The position numbers and the translations under genes were made by a program. From Antedon mediterranea (Eukaryota > Animalia > Echinodermata), in NCBI RefSeq assembly GCF_964355755.1, contig NC_092671.1, positions 37,706,304 through 37,770,303 of the forward strand: DNA of 64,000 bases, read 5' to 3'. Numbering within the stretch: position 1 is the first letter of the stretch; every line of letters begins with the position of its first letter. The notes beneath the pieces were generated by a model. The model was not told the DNA's origin, ran no database searches, and saw only the letters and a program-made list of their open reading frames with translations. Below are positions 63,498-64,000 of this stretch, piece after piece.

Positions 63498-63655
63498 AGC
63501 TCTGTCTACACTATAAAACTAGTTTGACAAAAAAGTTTGATGTGCCCTAATATGGTAGTTTATATGTTTAAATATAGTAGTGATATGACATGATGTCCAT
63601 ATATGGGCACATCACATTTTTTTGTCACATAAAGTTTGATAGTGTGGACAGAGCT
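63498..63655 (-). mobile_element. MITE family A copy
   Basis: Both TIRs, TTA right flank. Confidence 0.85.
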
Positions 63656-64000
63656 TTATACTCTTATATTATATAATAGGCTGGTACTACAGTGAGGACT
63701 CTGCAGAGTCAGTATAGTATTTTGAAAATCTAATAGATTTATAATGATTTATAATTGAATATTGAAATATATTGAATGATTTTAGAGGATTTGTGAGTCA
63801 CTTGACTGTAATTTTTTTCGCTTTTTGGTAATTTAGACTTCTTTTGTATGTTTTGGTACGTTTTTGCATTAACTTCAATTTTATTCAATTCATCTTTTAT
63901 TGGTCTAATTTATATAAAAATAAAAATCAGGAAATCCTTGTTAATACACTTAAGTTTAAAATACACGACAAATGTTTAAAACAATACAAAGAAGAACCGA

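Overview
AT-rich, repeat-dense eukaryotic (animal) genomic DNA; spliceosomal introns and a Deu-domain-like SINE suggest an invertebrate deuterostome (inference). The only complete, recognisable protein gene is an intact 3-exon PIF/Harbinger DDE transposase (265-1867, minus strand) next to one element end. The rest is a dense TE landscape: a Harbinger derivative carrying a frameshifted Myb/SANT gene, about 20 copies of a Tourist-like MITE with a variable 21-bp minisatellite, about 9 Kolobok-like TTAA MITEs, MULE-, Tc1/mariner-, hAT- and P-like MITEs, Helentron-like elements, at least four tRNA-SINE families, LINE 3' fragments, a hammerhead-ribozyme-bearing Penelope-like fragment and many tandem repeats. 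Two patterns stand out. (1) A series of short ATG-initiated, plus-strand, phase-0 exons with unrelated N-terminal peptides spread over more than 40 kb, which looks like a battery of alternative first exons of one large host gene whose shared exons would lie beyond the window. (2) Four 20-30 bp CATGG...CCATG palindromes with 7-bp target duplications that resemble P-superfamily excision footprints. All coordinates were read by eye, ends of decayed repeats are approximate, and no database searches were run.
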